A stretch of DNA of 64,000 bases, taken from contig CAVUWD010000016.1 of the NCBI GenBank assembly GCA_963745025.1, positions 768,001 through 832,000 of the forward strand, read 5' to 3'. A program made the translations under genes and the position numbers. This document shows, piece by piece, positions 13,666-22,992 of this stretch. The notes beneath the pieces are model-generated. The model did no database searches and was not told where the DNA came from. It saw only the letters and a program-made list of their open reading frames with translations. This DNA is from an uncultured delta proteobacterium. Lineage in GTDB: Bacteria; Desulfobacterota; Binatia; JACPRU01. How positions within the stretch are numbered: the first letter of the stretch is position 1; each line of letters begins with the position of its first letter.

Positions 13666-14440
13666 TGATTTTTCCACCGTCTTTGCTGCATCTTTTTCCG
13701 TAGCGTCGCCGCCCGAAAGATGACTGAGTTGGTTAGGTTGCGCGGGGGTTGCGGACGGTTGCGGCCCCTCGGCCGCCTTCGGAGGGGCGATCGAGTCGAG
13801 CCGGTCCGCGCCGCTGCGGTCGCTCGTCGGGATCCACCGGCCGTAGATGTCGACCGTAATTTGGATCGAGGAGTGCCCGAGCTGGTCCTTCACCCACGCG
13901 AGGCTTCGGCCGTCCTGAATGTGCAGGACGGCGAACGTGTGCCGCAGGTCGTGAATCCGCCGATGCCGGAGCCCTAGCTTTCGGAGAAGCGGCGCCCACA
14001 CGTTTCGCCGGAAGGCATCGCCGTCGAGGCGGCCGCCGTCCCGGTCGATGAACACCCACGCGGAAGGATCGAGCGCGCGGGCGCACTCCGCGGCGGCTGC
14101 CTCCCGGGCTCTTGCGGCCTCGGCCTTGAGCACCTCGGCGAGCCCCGCGGACATCTCGACCGAGCGGGCCTTCCCGCTCTTCGGGGTTGTCATCCGCCCT
14201 CCGGTGAAATTCCGCTCCACGCGAAGCGTCCGGTTGTGGAAGTCGAGATCGCCCCATTGGAGCGCAATCGCCTCCCCGAGGCGGAGCCCCGTCCGCGCGA
14301 GCGTGAGGATGAACGGGAAGAAGTGCCGGCGCGAGTCAGGCTTCCCGAGCTTCGTCGGCCAGTCGCGCGAGAGAGCGAGCGCGGCCGAAAGCTCCTCGGC
14401 CGAAAGCGGGTCGGCCTGCTTCTTGATGTCGTCGCGAGCC
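13603..14440 (-). pseudogene. Tyrosine integrase of element B, catalytic domain only; 3' end runs antisense through the tRNA
   Basis: LARTGLRLGEAIALQWGDLDF, TPKSGKAR, IHDLRHTFA, LGHSSIQITVDIY; N-terminal domains absent. Confidence 0.9.
13736..13764 (+). repeat. Putative arm-type sites of element B (GGTTGCG x3; 20 bp copy at 15158-15177)
   Basis: ggttgcgcgggggttgcgga identical at 13736-13755 and 15158-15177; units spaced 10-11 bp apart. Confidence 0.7.
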
Positions 14441-14518
14441 CGCAGCGCCGCACTTCATGCAGAAGTTGGCGCTCGTCGGTATTGGAGCACCACATTTGTC
14501 ACAAGGGTTGAAAGCCAC
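14440..14518 (-). pseudogene. Zinc-ribbon gene 5' fragment joined to the integrase remnant
   Basis: CDKCGAPIPTSANFCMKCG followed by an abrupt switch to integrase sequence. Confidence 0.6.
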
Positions 14519-14544
14519 CGATTGGAGCCTCGTCGCCTCGCGGG

Positions 14545-14742
14545 TCAGCTCGGGGCCGCGGGGCGCTTACGCATCGAAGTCTCGACGCGGACTACGTCCG
14601 ACAGGCGCGTCCCGCTTTGCATACCGGAACGTAACGCACCACAAGCCGGACAAAATTGATCGCGATCCATCATACCCCGATGGATGCAAGAGGGCTTTCG
14701 CTGTAGTTCCAGCCAGCGTGAAATGAATGTTCGGAGCTTCAT
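14545..14742 (-). CDS. Small hypothetical protein with CxxC
   Basis: 65 aa, strong AAGGAGGTG ribosome-binding site, FCPACG. Confidence 0.5.
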   Translation of the reverse strand: MKLRTFISRWLELQRKPSCIHRGMMDRDQFCPACGALRSGMQSGTRLSDVVRVETSMRKRPAAPS

Positions 14743-14887
14743 GCTGTCACACCTCCTTTGCTAACGGCTCAGGCCACTCTGGCCGTTCCAGCGAATTCAG
14801 CATATTGCGCTTTTGGCTGCCGGGCCTTGTTGCGAATTGACAATCCATTGTCTAAACGCGCCAAGGTAGCACGCGTTGAAGCACGCA

Positions 14888-15076
14888 ATGTCGAAACAAA
14901 TCGTTTTCACCGCGCCCCCTCGGTGCTCTTGCGGAGCGCCTGCGGATCGGTCGAAGCTCACGATCTGTGATGCCTGCGCTCGAAATCTACTCGATCAAGC
15001 CCGGTCCCGACGGGCTCGCGCGCATCACAACACGCCGACTCGGCGAGACCGTTCAGGCGAAAATCTGATGACTTAG
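14888..15076 (+). CDS. Small putative zinc-finger protein
   Basis: RCSCG...ICDAC; divergent from the 14742 ORF. Confidence 0.45.
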   Translation: MSKQIVFTAPPRCSCGAPADRSKLTICDACARNLLDQARSRRARAHHNTPTRRDRSGENLMT

Positions 15077-15249
15077 GCTGGTTCTTCGACGGTGGGCAAA
15101 CTTTTTAGCAATCCTGCGCCTTAGACCTTTCTCGGCGCCTCTCAACGCGTGGCTCCTGGTTGCGCGGGGGTTGCGGATTTGTGGCTCTCGGGGCCCCTCG
15201 ACGGCGAAAAAAGCCTAGAAAACTCCGCGATGGCGGGCAGTTTTTCGCC

Positions 15250-15293
15250 TCTCATAATCCCTAGGTCCGTGGTTCGAGTCCACGCGCCGCCAT
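15250..15293 (+). repeat. Orphan 3' half of tRNA-Met (right junction of element B)
   Basis: tctcataatccctaggtccgtggttcgagtccacgcgccgccat identical to 13623-13666. Confidence 0.95.
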
Positions 15294-15435
15294 TTACTCT
15301 TCTCCGGCAGCTCGACTGTGCTTCCGCATCGGCGCCAGCTGCCACGCCGCCGATGCGCGCGATCAGTTCGCCCCTCTTGAAGCCGTCCCCGTGCGCGGCA
15401 CCCTCCGGGCGGATCTCCGATGGACGAACTATCGA

Positions 15436-16137
15436 TCAGCGCCGCCCGCCCCAGCGGTTCCAGTACGTCACGTCGGTGGCGGGGAACCGCCGTGCCGGCC
15501 GGACATCCCCGCCCTTCAGCCACGCGACCGGTAGCAGCGCCGCCTGCGTATAGCTCTCCGGAATGCCGAGCACGTCGGCCGTCTCCTGCTCGTGAAGGAG
15601 TGTGAACGTCGTCCACGCCGAAGCAATCCCCCGCGCGCGCAGCGCGAGCATCAGCGACCAGGTCGCCGGAAGGATCGAGCCCCACATCGATGCCTGTGTG
15701 AACACGTCCTCGTGCGCGAATCGCCCCGCGATGCACGGAATCAGGTGGACCGGGACGCGATGGAGGTTCTCGATCAGGTGCACCGCCGACTTCACGATCG
15801 CGGGCAGTCGTCGCTGACGAGGATCGTCGGCCGCGTACTGCCGCGCGACGCTCATGCCGGTTCGCGAGAGCCCCGTCTTTCCCTGGAGGTAGAGCTCGGA
15901 GCCCTTGCGGTAGATGTCCGCGAGCTTCGCGCGAAGACCGGCGTCCGTGACGACGAGGAATCGCCAATCCTGCGAGTTCGCTCCCGTCGGCGCCTGCAAC
16001 GCGACGTCGATCGCCTCCTCGATCAGCGCCTCGGGCACCGGCCGCGCGAGGTCCAGCCGGAGCCGAACGCTGCGCGTCGTCTTCATCACGTGATCGACGC
16101 TCGCGACGTCGATCCGACCGACAGTTTCGTTCGTCAT
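15436..16137 (-). CDS. Nitroreductase family protein
   Basis: TTRSVR, ALQAPTGANSQDWRFLVV, LMLALRARGIASAWT. Confidence 0.88.
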   Translation of the reverse strand: MTNETVGRIDVASVDHVMKTTRSVRLRLDLARPVPEALIEEAIDVALQAPTGANSQDWRFLVVTDAGLRAKLADIYRKGSELYLQGKTGLSRTGMSVARQYAADDPRQRRLPAIVKSAVHLIENLHRVPVHLIPCIAGRFAHEDVFTQASMWGSILPATWSLMLALRARGIASAWTTFTLLHEQETADVLGIPESYTQAALLPVAWLKGGDVRPARRFPATDVTYWNRWGGRR

Positions 16138-16331
16138 CTCTGCTCCTTCCTCGGCGGCGCCGCTGCGCGAGAATCAGTCGTCGCCCCAGATCCCTCTGAT
16201 GGACGCATTCCGTGGTGTGAGACCGGTTTCATCGCCTTGCCACCGCGACGTCGTTGACCGCGAGGCGAAAAAAGCCTTCGTGGAAGCAGATGGGTTCGAA
16301 GTCCCCGGGCACTCCGCGCCGTCACGCCGGG

Positions 16332-17537
16332 TCAGATCGCCTGCCGCGCGCGGAGCCCGGCGATCTCGTCCCAGCCGTAGCCGAGCTCGAGGAGGATCTC
16401 CTCGGTGTGCTGGCCGTGCTCGGGCGGCGTCCCGGTGGGCTCGAGCGGCGTGTCCTCCATGGTGATCGGGTTCCCGGCGAGCGTCACCTCGCCCGCCTCC
16501 GGGTGGTGGATGGTCGTGAGATAGCCGTTGAGCCGCGCCTGCTCGCTCGCCAGAATGTCGAGGTAACCTTCGACGCGCGTGGCCAGGATGTCCGCGCCGT
16601 TCAAGAGCTCGAGCCACTCCGCCGTGGTGCGGGTCGGGAAGATCCCGTCCAGGACCTTCTCGATCTTGTCACCGTAAAAGTTCCGGGTCACGTTGTCGCA
16701 CTGCGGATCGTCCCGCAGATGCTCGATACCGAGGAGCTTGCAGAAGGTGGGCCAGCGCTTGTCGTCGCATCCGGCAAGGCAGAGCCAGCCGTCCTTGGTG
16801 CGGAACGCACCCCAGACGCCGTGGAGAAGCTGGTGGCCGCGGCCGGCGCGCGGCGTCTCCCTGCCGGCGAACGACGCGTAGGCGAGCTCGAAGGCCTGCA
16901 TGGCAATCACCGTCCCATAGATGCTCGCGCCGACCTTCTGGCCCTTCCCTGCGCGTTCGCGCGCGTAAAGCGCCGCCAGGACGCTGGCGGCGAGGGCCAG
17001 GGCGGCGTTCGTGTCGGCGACCGTGGCGCCGGCCGGTAGAGGCGGATTTTCCGCAAGGCCGGTCTTCCCCATCAGGCCGCCCGCCGCCTGCGCGAGCGTG
17101 TCGCGGCTCGGGCGGAGCTTCCACGGGCCCGTCGGTCCCCACGACGAGCCCTGCGCGTAGACGAGGCGCGGGTGGCGGACGGAGAGCTCTTCGTACGAAA
17201 AGCCCAGTCGATCGAGGACCCCCGGCCGGTAGTTCGTGAGGAGCACGTCGGCGCGCGCGAGGAGCCGCCGGAGGATCTCCTTCCCCTCTTCCATCTTGAG
17301 GTCGAGCGTGATGCTCCGCTTGCCGCGATTCATAGCGAGAAAGTACGGGCTCACGTGCCCGGCGCGCACGCCCGGGAAGAACGTATCGGCGCGCAGGAAG
17401 CGCGAGAGGTCGCCGGTCTCGCGGTTCTCGACCTTCACGACGTCGGCGCCCATGTCAGCGAGGTACAGCGCGGCGTACGGTCCCTGTATCTCCTGACCGA
17501 TCTCGACGACTTGGATGCCCGCAAGCGGTCCCGCCAT
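16332..17537 (-). CDS. CaiB/BaiF family III CoA transferase
   Basis: GPLAGIQVVE, LADMGADVVKVE, NRGKRSITLDLK, GQHTEEIL. Confidence 0.92.
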   Translation of the reverse strand: MAGPLAGIQVVEIGQEIQGPYAALYLADMGADVVKVENRETGDLSRFLRADTFFPGVRAGHVSPYFLAMNRGKRSITLDLKMEEGKEILRRLLARADVLLTNYRPGVLDRLGFSYEELSVRHPRLVYAQGSSWGPTGPWKLRPSRDTLAQAAGGLMGKTGLAENPPLPAGATVADTNAALALAASVLAALYARERAGKGQKVGASIYGTVIAMQAFELAYASFAGRETPRAGRGHQLLHGVWGAFRTKDGWLCLAGCDDKRWPTFCKLLGIEHLRDDPQCDNVTRNFYGDKIEKVLDGIFPTRTTAEWLELLNGADILATRVEGYLDILASEQARLNGYLTTIHHPEAGEVTLAGNPITMEDTPLEPTGTPPEHGQHTEEILLELGYGWDEIAGLRARQAI

Positions 17538-17695
17538 GGAGAGCTCCTTTCGCAGAACGCGCGCGACCGCGCGCGGTCGAAATCTATGAGAATCTTCGCC
17601 TCGCGATCAACTATTCGACTGTTGTATTTGGTACTCGTATCAGCATCGGACCGCGGGGCGAAACGGCCGAAGCAAACGCCGCAGGGGGAGAACTC

Positions 17696-18808
17696 ATGAG
17701 GATCGGCATCCAGATGCTCTTTCAGAATCCCGGCACGATGACGGACGCCGAGCTCTACGTCCGCGAGCTGAAGGTCGCCGAGCTCGCCGAACCGCTCGGC
17801 TTCGATACGCTATGGAGCGTCGAGCACCACTTCGACGACTACTCGATGTGCCCCGACAACATGCAGTTCCTCTCTTGGCTTGCCGGGCGCACTTCGCGAG
17901 TCGGTCTCGGCACGGCCGCCGTGATCCTTCCTTGGAACAACCCCCTTCGCGTGGTCGAAAAGATGATCCTGCTCGACCACCTCTCCCACGGTCGCGCGGT
18001 CTTCGGCATGGGCCGCGGGCTCGCCAAGATGGAATACCGCGGCATGATGGTCGACATGAACGAAGCCCGAGAGCGATTCGACGAGTCCGCGAAGATGATT
18101 CTCGCGGGTCTGGAGTCCGGGTACGTCGAGGGGAACGGCCGCTTCTACAAACAGACACGGACGGAGGTCCGACCGCGACCGCTACGGAGCTTCGCGGGCA
18201 GAACCTACTGCGTCGCCATGTCCCCCGATTCGGTGCTCGTGGCCGCCGAGCTGAAATCGGTGATGATGGTATTCTCGCAGTTCAGCGCCGAGACCGTGAA
18301 GCCGACGTTCGACAACTATCGACAGCACTTCGAGAAGTGTCACGGTGTGACGGCGCCGCCTCCGCTCTTCGTGGACTTCATGTACTGCGACGAGGACGCC
18401 GCGCGGGCCGCAGAGAAGAGCCGGAAGAACATCGCCGCGTACCTGAAGACGGTCTTCCAGCACTACGAGATGTTCGCCGAGCATTTCGGCAAGGCTCGTG
18501 GCTATGAGGCGTATGCCAAGAGCACCGAGATGATGAAGGCGGCAGGTCTCGAGAAAACGCTCGAAACCTACGTCGAGGCGCAGGCATGGGGAACTCCTCA
18601 GCAGATTCTCGATCGCTTGGAGAGGCGCCGCGCGATCCTCGGTGATTTCGAGATGAACATCTGCCCGAGCTTCTCGGCCCTGACGTTCGAAGAGATCGAG
18701 CGGAGCCTTGGTCTGTTCGCGCGGAAAGTCATGCCCGAGCTGCGGGACTGGGACGTAAGGAGCACGGCGCGACGCGACGAATCCACGGCCGCAGCAGCGG
18801 CCAAGTAG
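17696..18808 (+). CDS. Luciferase-like (LLM) flavin-dependent oxidoreductase
   Basis: AEPLGFDTLWSVEHHF, LDHLSHGRAVFGMGRG. Confidence 0.9.
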   Translation: MRIGIQMLFQNPGTMTDAELYVRELKVAELAEPLGFDTLWSVEHHFDDYSMCPDNMQFLSWLAGRTSRVGLGTAAVILPWNNPLRVVEKMILLDHLSHGRAVFGMGRGLAKMEYRGMMVDMNEARERFDESAKMILAGLESGYVEGNGRFYKQTRTEVRPRPLRSFAGRTYCVAMSPDSVLVAAELKSVMMVFSQFSAETVKPTFDNYRQHFEKCHGVTAPPPLFVDFMYCDEDAARAAEKSRKNIAAYLKTVFQHYEMFAEHFGKARGYEAYAKSTEMMKAAGLEKTLETYVEAQAWGTPQQILDRLERRRAILGDFEMNICPSFSALTFEEIERSLGLFARKVMPELRDWDVRSTARRDESTAAAAAK

Positions 18809-18842
18809 CAGGCCCGGCCCGTGATCGACCGAGCCCGATTCC

Positions 18843-19823
18843 TCAGCGGGCCGCGAGCGCGCAGCGGAGGCGCGCCTCCGCCCCGAGGCCGTGCTCGGCG
18901 CGCACCTCGACGCGCACGTCGACGATCTCCTCGGCACCCTCGCGGCGACGCGCCTCGACCCGGGAGCGCGTGCGGATCGTATCGCCGATCGAGATCGGCG
19001 CGAGCATGCGCAGGCGCCGCTCGCGGATCATCCCCGCCGGCCCGGTCCAATCGGTCACCACACGGTCGACGAAGCCGTGAAAGAACATCGTGTTCAGAAA
19101 CGCGTCCCCCACCCCCTGGGCGCGCGCGTAGTCGCGGTCGTGGTGGCCCGGAAAGTAGTCGCGCGTGGCCGCGGCGCCGTGTACGCAGAGACGGAGCGTC
19201 ACGGGCAGGACGACCTCCGGCAGGAGCTCGGCGCCCGAGCCGTGCTTCTCCTCTTCGGGCACTCGAGCAGCGGGGCTCGGCACGCCATCGCTGGCGACCG
19301 TGTAACGGAAGAGCACGTTCGCGTGGCGGGCGACCATTTCGCCGCGCTGGTTTCGGTAGAGAACGTCTGTCGAGATGAAGTGACCGTGTCCGAGAACGGT
19401 CCGCTTCTCGGGGCTCACGTCGCTCACGGCCTCCTCGACCGAGAGGCGGTCGCCGACCAGGATCGGTGCCAGGAACTCACTCTTGGTGGAGACGTTGATG
19501 ATCGTGTTCCCGGGAAGCGGCACCTGCGTCGCCAGCGTCGGTGGATAGTCGATTCCGTCCGGGCGCCAGAGGGGCGGCATCGACCAGACGAACAGCATTC
19601 CCGGAGGAGCCGGAATCGCACCAAACCGCGCGCGCGCCAGGGCTTCGTCCCAGTAGAGCGGATTCCGGTCGCGCACGAGCGCGCAGAAATGCTTGATCGC
19701 CGGCCAGTTGACCTCGTCTTCGCAGGCACGCGGCTCGATCCGCCGGCCGATCCACGACTGCGCCTCCTCGCCGCTTCCGTAGACGAGCGCGAGTCCCGTT
19801 TCGGTCTCGTCGAGCTCGCTCAT
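18843..19823 (-). CDS. Double MaoC/hot-dog (R)-hydratase-like protein
   Basis: IKHFCALVRDRNPLYWD...APPGM and DYFPGHHDRDYA...FLNT. Confidence 0.85.
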   Translation of the reverse strand: MSELDETETGLALVYGSGEEAQSWIGRRIEPRACEDEVNWPAIKHFCALVRDRNPLYWDEALARARFGAIPAPPGMLFVWSMPPLWRPDGIDYPPTLATQVPLPGNTIINVSTKSEFLAPILVGDRLSVEEAVSDVSPEKRTVLGHGHFISTDVLYRNQRGEMVARHANVLFRYTVASDGVPSPAARVPEEEKHGSGAELLPEVVLPVTLRLCVHGAAATRDYFPGHHDRDYARAQGVGDAFLNTMFFHGFVDRVVTDWTGPAGMIRERRLRMLAPISIGDTIRTRSRVEARRREGAEEIVDVRVEVRAEHGLGAEARLRCALAAR

Positions 19824-20248
19824 CGGCTCTCCTCGTCGCTCGCGGCGATCGGCCGGAACTGCGGGACGCGGAAGCCGCCCGCTCGCTCCTCGAAGACGAC
19901 CGCGACCCGCAGGTCGACCCGCACTCGCGCGGGCTCGATTCCGACGATGTTCGTCATCATCTGCGGGCCCTCGTCGAGGCGCACCACGGCGAGAACGTAC
20001 GGCACATCGCCAGCGTAGGATTCGAATGGCGCCTGGTGGACGATCGTGAAGGTGACGACCCGGCCCTTCCCTTGCGACTCGACCCACTCGAGATCGGTCT
20101 TCCAGCAGCGCGGGCACCAGGCGCGCGGATAATGAATGAAGCTCGTGCAGGCCCGGCACCGTTGCAGAAGCAAGCGCCCCGCTCGCGCCCCGTCCCAGTA
20201 CGGGCGGGTCGTCTCGTTCACCCGCGGAAGCGGCTTTGCGGCGCTCAT
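19820..20248 (-). CDS. DUF35 Zn-ribbon/OB-fold protein
   Basis: PYWDG...QRCRAC...YPRAWCPRC...PYVLAVVRLDEGP. Confidence 0.9.
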   Translation of the reverse strand: MSAAKPLPRVNETTRPYWDGARAGRLLLQRCRACTSFIHYPRAWCPRCWKTDLEWVESQGKGRVVTFTIVHQAPFESYAGDVPYVLAVVRLDEGPQMMTNIVGIEPARVRVDLRVAVVFEERAGGFRVPQFRPIAASDEESR

Positions 20249-21417
20249 GGCCTCCGCCCGAAAATCAGCGTGCAGTGCTCCGCCATCATGCCTCCGTAGG
20301 TATGGACGAGGACGACGTCGGCGTCGGCGACTTGGCGGTCGCCGGCGAGACCCATCGTTTGCAGTGCGCCCTCGATGATCATCGACATGCCGGAGGCGTC
20401 TCCCGTGTGGCCGAACGAGAGCAGTCCGCCATAGGTGTTGATCGGCAGAGCGCCCCCGGGTGCGCCCCGGCCGTCGAGAAAGAAGCGGCCGCCCGCACCC
20501 GCAGCGGCGAGGCCCGTTTCCTCGAGGAACATGATCGGGTTGATCGTGAACGCATCGTAAATCTCGGCGACGCGAACGTCGCTCGGCTCGAGCCCCGCGG
20601 AGGCATACGCCTGCCGGGCCGCCTCTCCCGCGCTCATCGTCGCAAAGTCGCGCGATTGGCTGATCGGCCCGTGGTCGTGATACTCGCCGAAGCCGAGGAC
20701 GTACGCCGGTTGCGAGACGATCGAGCGCGCGATGTCGCCGCGCGAAACGAGGAACGCCGCTCCTCCTTCGCACGGGACCGAGCAGTCGAGCATGTGAAAC
20801 GGCTCGGCGATCGCCCGCGAGCCGAGAACGTCGCCGATCGTCAGGCGACCCTTCGAGCGCATGATGGCGTCGGGGTGGCGAAGCGCCCATTCGCGGCTCG
20901 AGACGGCCACCGCAGCGAGCGCCTCACGAGTGGTGCCGCGATCGTGCATGTGGCGCCGTGCCGCGAGCGCGTAAAGCGCCGGGATGAACGTGCCGTAGAT
21001 GAACTCGAAATCGGGATGGCTCACCATTCGCGCCATCGCCTCGGCGCCCCCCGCGCCGACTTTCGGAAACTTGCCGGCGGCCGCGCACAGCACGGCGTTC
21101 GCCCGCCCGCTCGCGACGGCGAGGGCGGCGCGAGCGGCCATCAGGGCGTAGGTCGCGCCGCCGGCGTTCAGTGTCTCGGAGAAGATCGGGTGGAGGCCGA
21201 GCGAATCGCCGAGGTTCTCGTGAACGAAGAGGTCGGCGCCGGTGCCCGTCGCCATGCCCGCCGGCGCGACGAGGAGGCCGTCGACCAGCGACGGGTCGAT
21301 TCGCCACTCGTCGAGGAACGCTCGAACTACGCGCTCATAAAGGTCCAGAACGTCGAGCTCGGGAAACCGCCCCGGGCGGATCTCGGTCGCCGCAGCAATG
21401 GCAGGCTCGCGATGCAC
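20245..21417 (-). CDS. Thiolase-superfamily (SCP-x/Ltp2-like) protein
   Basis: DCSVPCEGGAA, EIYDAFT, PINTYGGLLSFGH; lacks the usual N-terminal catalytic Cys. Confidence 0.88.
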   Translation of the reverse strand: MHREPAIAAATEIRPGRFPELDVLDLYERVVRAFLDEWRIDPSLVDGLLVAPAGMATGTGADLFVHENLGDSLGLHPIFSETLNAGGATYALMAARAALAVASGRANAVLCAAAGKFPKVGAGGAEAMARMVSHPDFEFIYGTFIPALYALAARRHMHDRGTTREALAAVAVSSREWALRHPDAIMRSKGRLTIGDVLGSRAIAEPFHMLDCSVPCEGGAAFLVSRGDIARSIVSQPAYVLGFGEYHDHGPISQSRDFATMSAGEAARQAYASAGLEPSDVRVAEIYDAFTINPIMFLEETGLAAAGAGGRFFLDGRGAPGGALPINTYGGLLSFGHTGDASGMSMIIEGALQTMGLAGDRQVADADVVLVHTYGGMMAEHCTLIFGRRP

Positions 21418-21507
21418 TGGACGCTGTTCTTACATAGCTTCGCGATTCAGCACGAGCCCGGTGGCCGATTCAGTGCCGACTCGTCGATCGAGTCGAGTCC
21501 TGCCCGG

Positions 21508-21891
21508 CTATGGGCAGGTCGCGGCGACGTGTCGCATCGAGCTCACGCGGATGTGCTCGTGCCCGGCTTCGCTCTCCCCCTTCTCCGCCGCCCCTGAAGC
21601 TTTCTCCACCTTTTCGGCCTGCTTGGAGGAGACCTTCTCCCCCTTCACTTCCACCTTGTGACCGACATGATCCTTCAGATCCTTGCCACCGACGAGCTCG
21701 TACTCTTCGCTGCCGCCGTTGACGTTCGTCAGCTTGAACTCATTCGGCGCGTCTCCCTTCGCGAGACATCCGATGTAGGTTTCCGCCGACGACTTCTGAC
21801 CCGTCGAAGGGCCCGCCGTTTCCGCCGCCCACGCCCCGGTGGCGAGCATCAATCCCATCGTGATACCTATCGCGAGCATCGTGTTCTTCAC
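21508..21891 (-). CDS. Secreted hypothetical protein (OB-fold-like)
   Basis: Signal peptide; GCLAKG...DLKDHVGHKVEVKG...VAATCP. Confidence 0.7.
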   Translation of the reverse strand: MKNTMLAIGITMGLMLATGAWAAETAGPSTGQKSSAETYIGCLAKGDAPNEFKLTNVNGGSEEYELVGGKDLKDHVGHKVEVKGEKVSSKQAEKVEKASGAAEKGESEAGHEHIRVSSMRHVAATCP

Positions 21892-22165
21892 TGGTTGTCC
21901 TCCTATTGGTGAGAATCACTACGCGCCGCTCGAGCATCGCGACGCTATCACCGGCTATGGGCGCTGGTTCCGCGCCTGTCAATCGGCGATTTCGGGACCG
22001 TAGAGAGCACGTTAGAGGAGGCAACTAGCGGCTACCCGGCCGACGTGTCTTGAGCCTGACTCGAAGGTCAACAGCCCCACGGCGCGGGAAACCATTGCGT
22101 TGTCGGCGCTGTTGATATCGTCTAAGGAAGCGCGGCCCGAGCCGGGCCCCGTTTCCGCTACTCGC

Positions 22166-22992
22166 ATGACTACGACCCCCCATAGCCGAGACTTGCATGT
22201 GCGCTTCGAAACCGTGCGCATGGCGTTCGGTGAGCGAATCGTGTTCGAATCGCTCTCCTGCGGCTTCGCACGCGGCAAGATCTCGGTGATTCTGGGGGGA
22301 GCGGTTCGGGCAAGAGCACGATCCTCAAGCTGATCGGCGGCCTCGTCCGGCCCCAGGCCGGGGCGATCTTCGTCGACGGGGACGACGTGGTCGGTCTCTC
22401 CGAGCGGCGGATGTACGAGGTCCGCCGCAAGCTCGGCATGATGTTCCAGGCGGGAGCGTTGCTCGACTCGCTCAGCGTGTTCGACAATCTGGCGTTTCCG
22501 TTGCGCGAGCACACCAAACTCTCCGAGGCAGAGATCGCCGCCGAGGTGCACGAGTGTTTGACCGCGGTCGGCATGTCGAACGTCGGGGACCTCCTGCCCG
22601 GTCAGCTGTCGGGAGGAATGCTCAAGCGCGCGGCCCTCGCTCGCGCGATCATCCGCAAGCCCGCCGTCCTGCTCTGCGACGAACCGTTCTCGGGATTGGA
22701 TCCCGCGTCCACCAAACGGATCGAGCTGCTGCTCGTGCGTATGAACCGGGATTTCGGTGTCACCATGCTGGTCGTCTCGCACCACATCCCCTCGACGATG
22801 CGCATGGCGAATCGCATCCTTCTCCTGCTTCCGCACGCCCCGATCGAGGGATCGCCGAACGAGCTTCGTGCCAGCGCCGATCCACGGGTCACGAGCTTCC
22901 TCACGGAGGAGGCCGGGCCCGCCGACGCGGCCGACGAGCCGGACGAGCTCCCGGCGGGACGGGCACTGCACGCCAAGGGTGGTCGATGGTAA
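22166..22992 (+). CDS. mlaF: Mla ABC transporter ATPase (frameshift in G-run near 22300)
   Basis: Walker A split by frameshift; FQAGALLDS, LSGGMLKRAALAR, DEPFSGLDP. Confidence 0.88.

Larger units (their letters stand above)
13623..15293. mobile_element. Internally deleted integrative element B (~1.6 kb) in tRNA-Met, carrying the replacement 3' half
   Basis: 44 bp direct repeats 13623-13666 and 15250-15293; integrase remnant; arm-type repeats near both ends. Confidence 0.9.

Noticed and set aside
8145-15293. Repeats as a CRISPR array or an intron-containing/split tRNA
   Set aside because: There is no regular repeat-spacer period and no cas genes. The intervening DNA holds integrase and terminase remnants and a full tRNA is present, so att duplications explain it.
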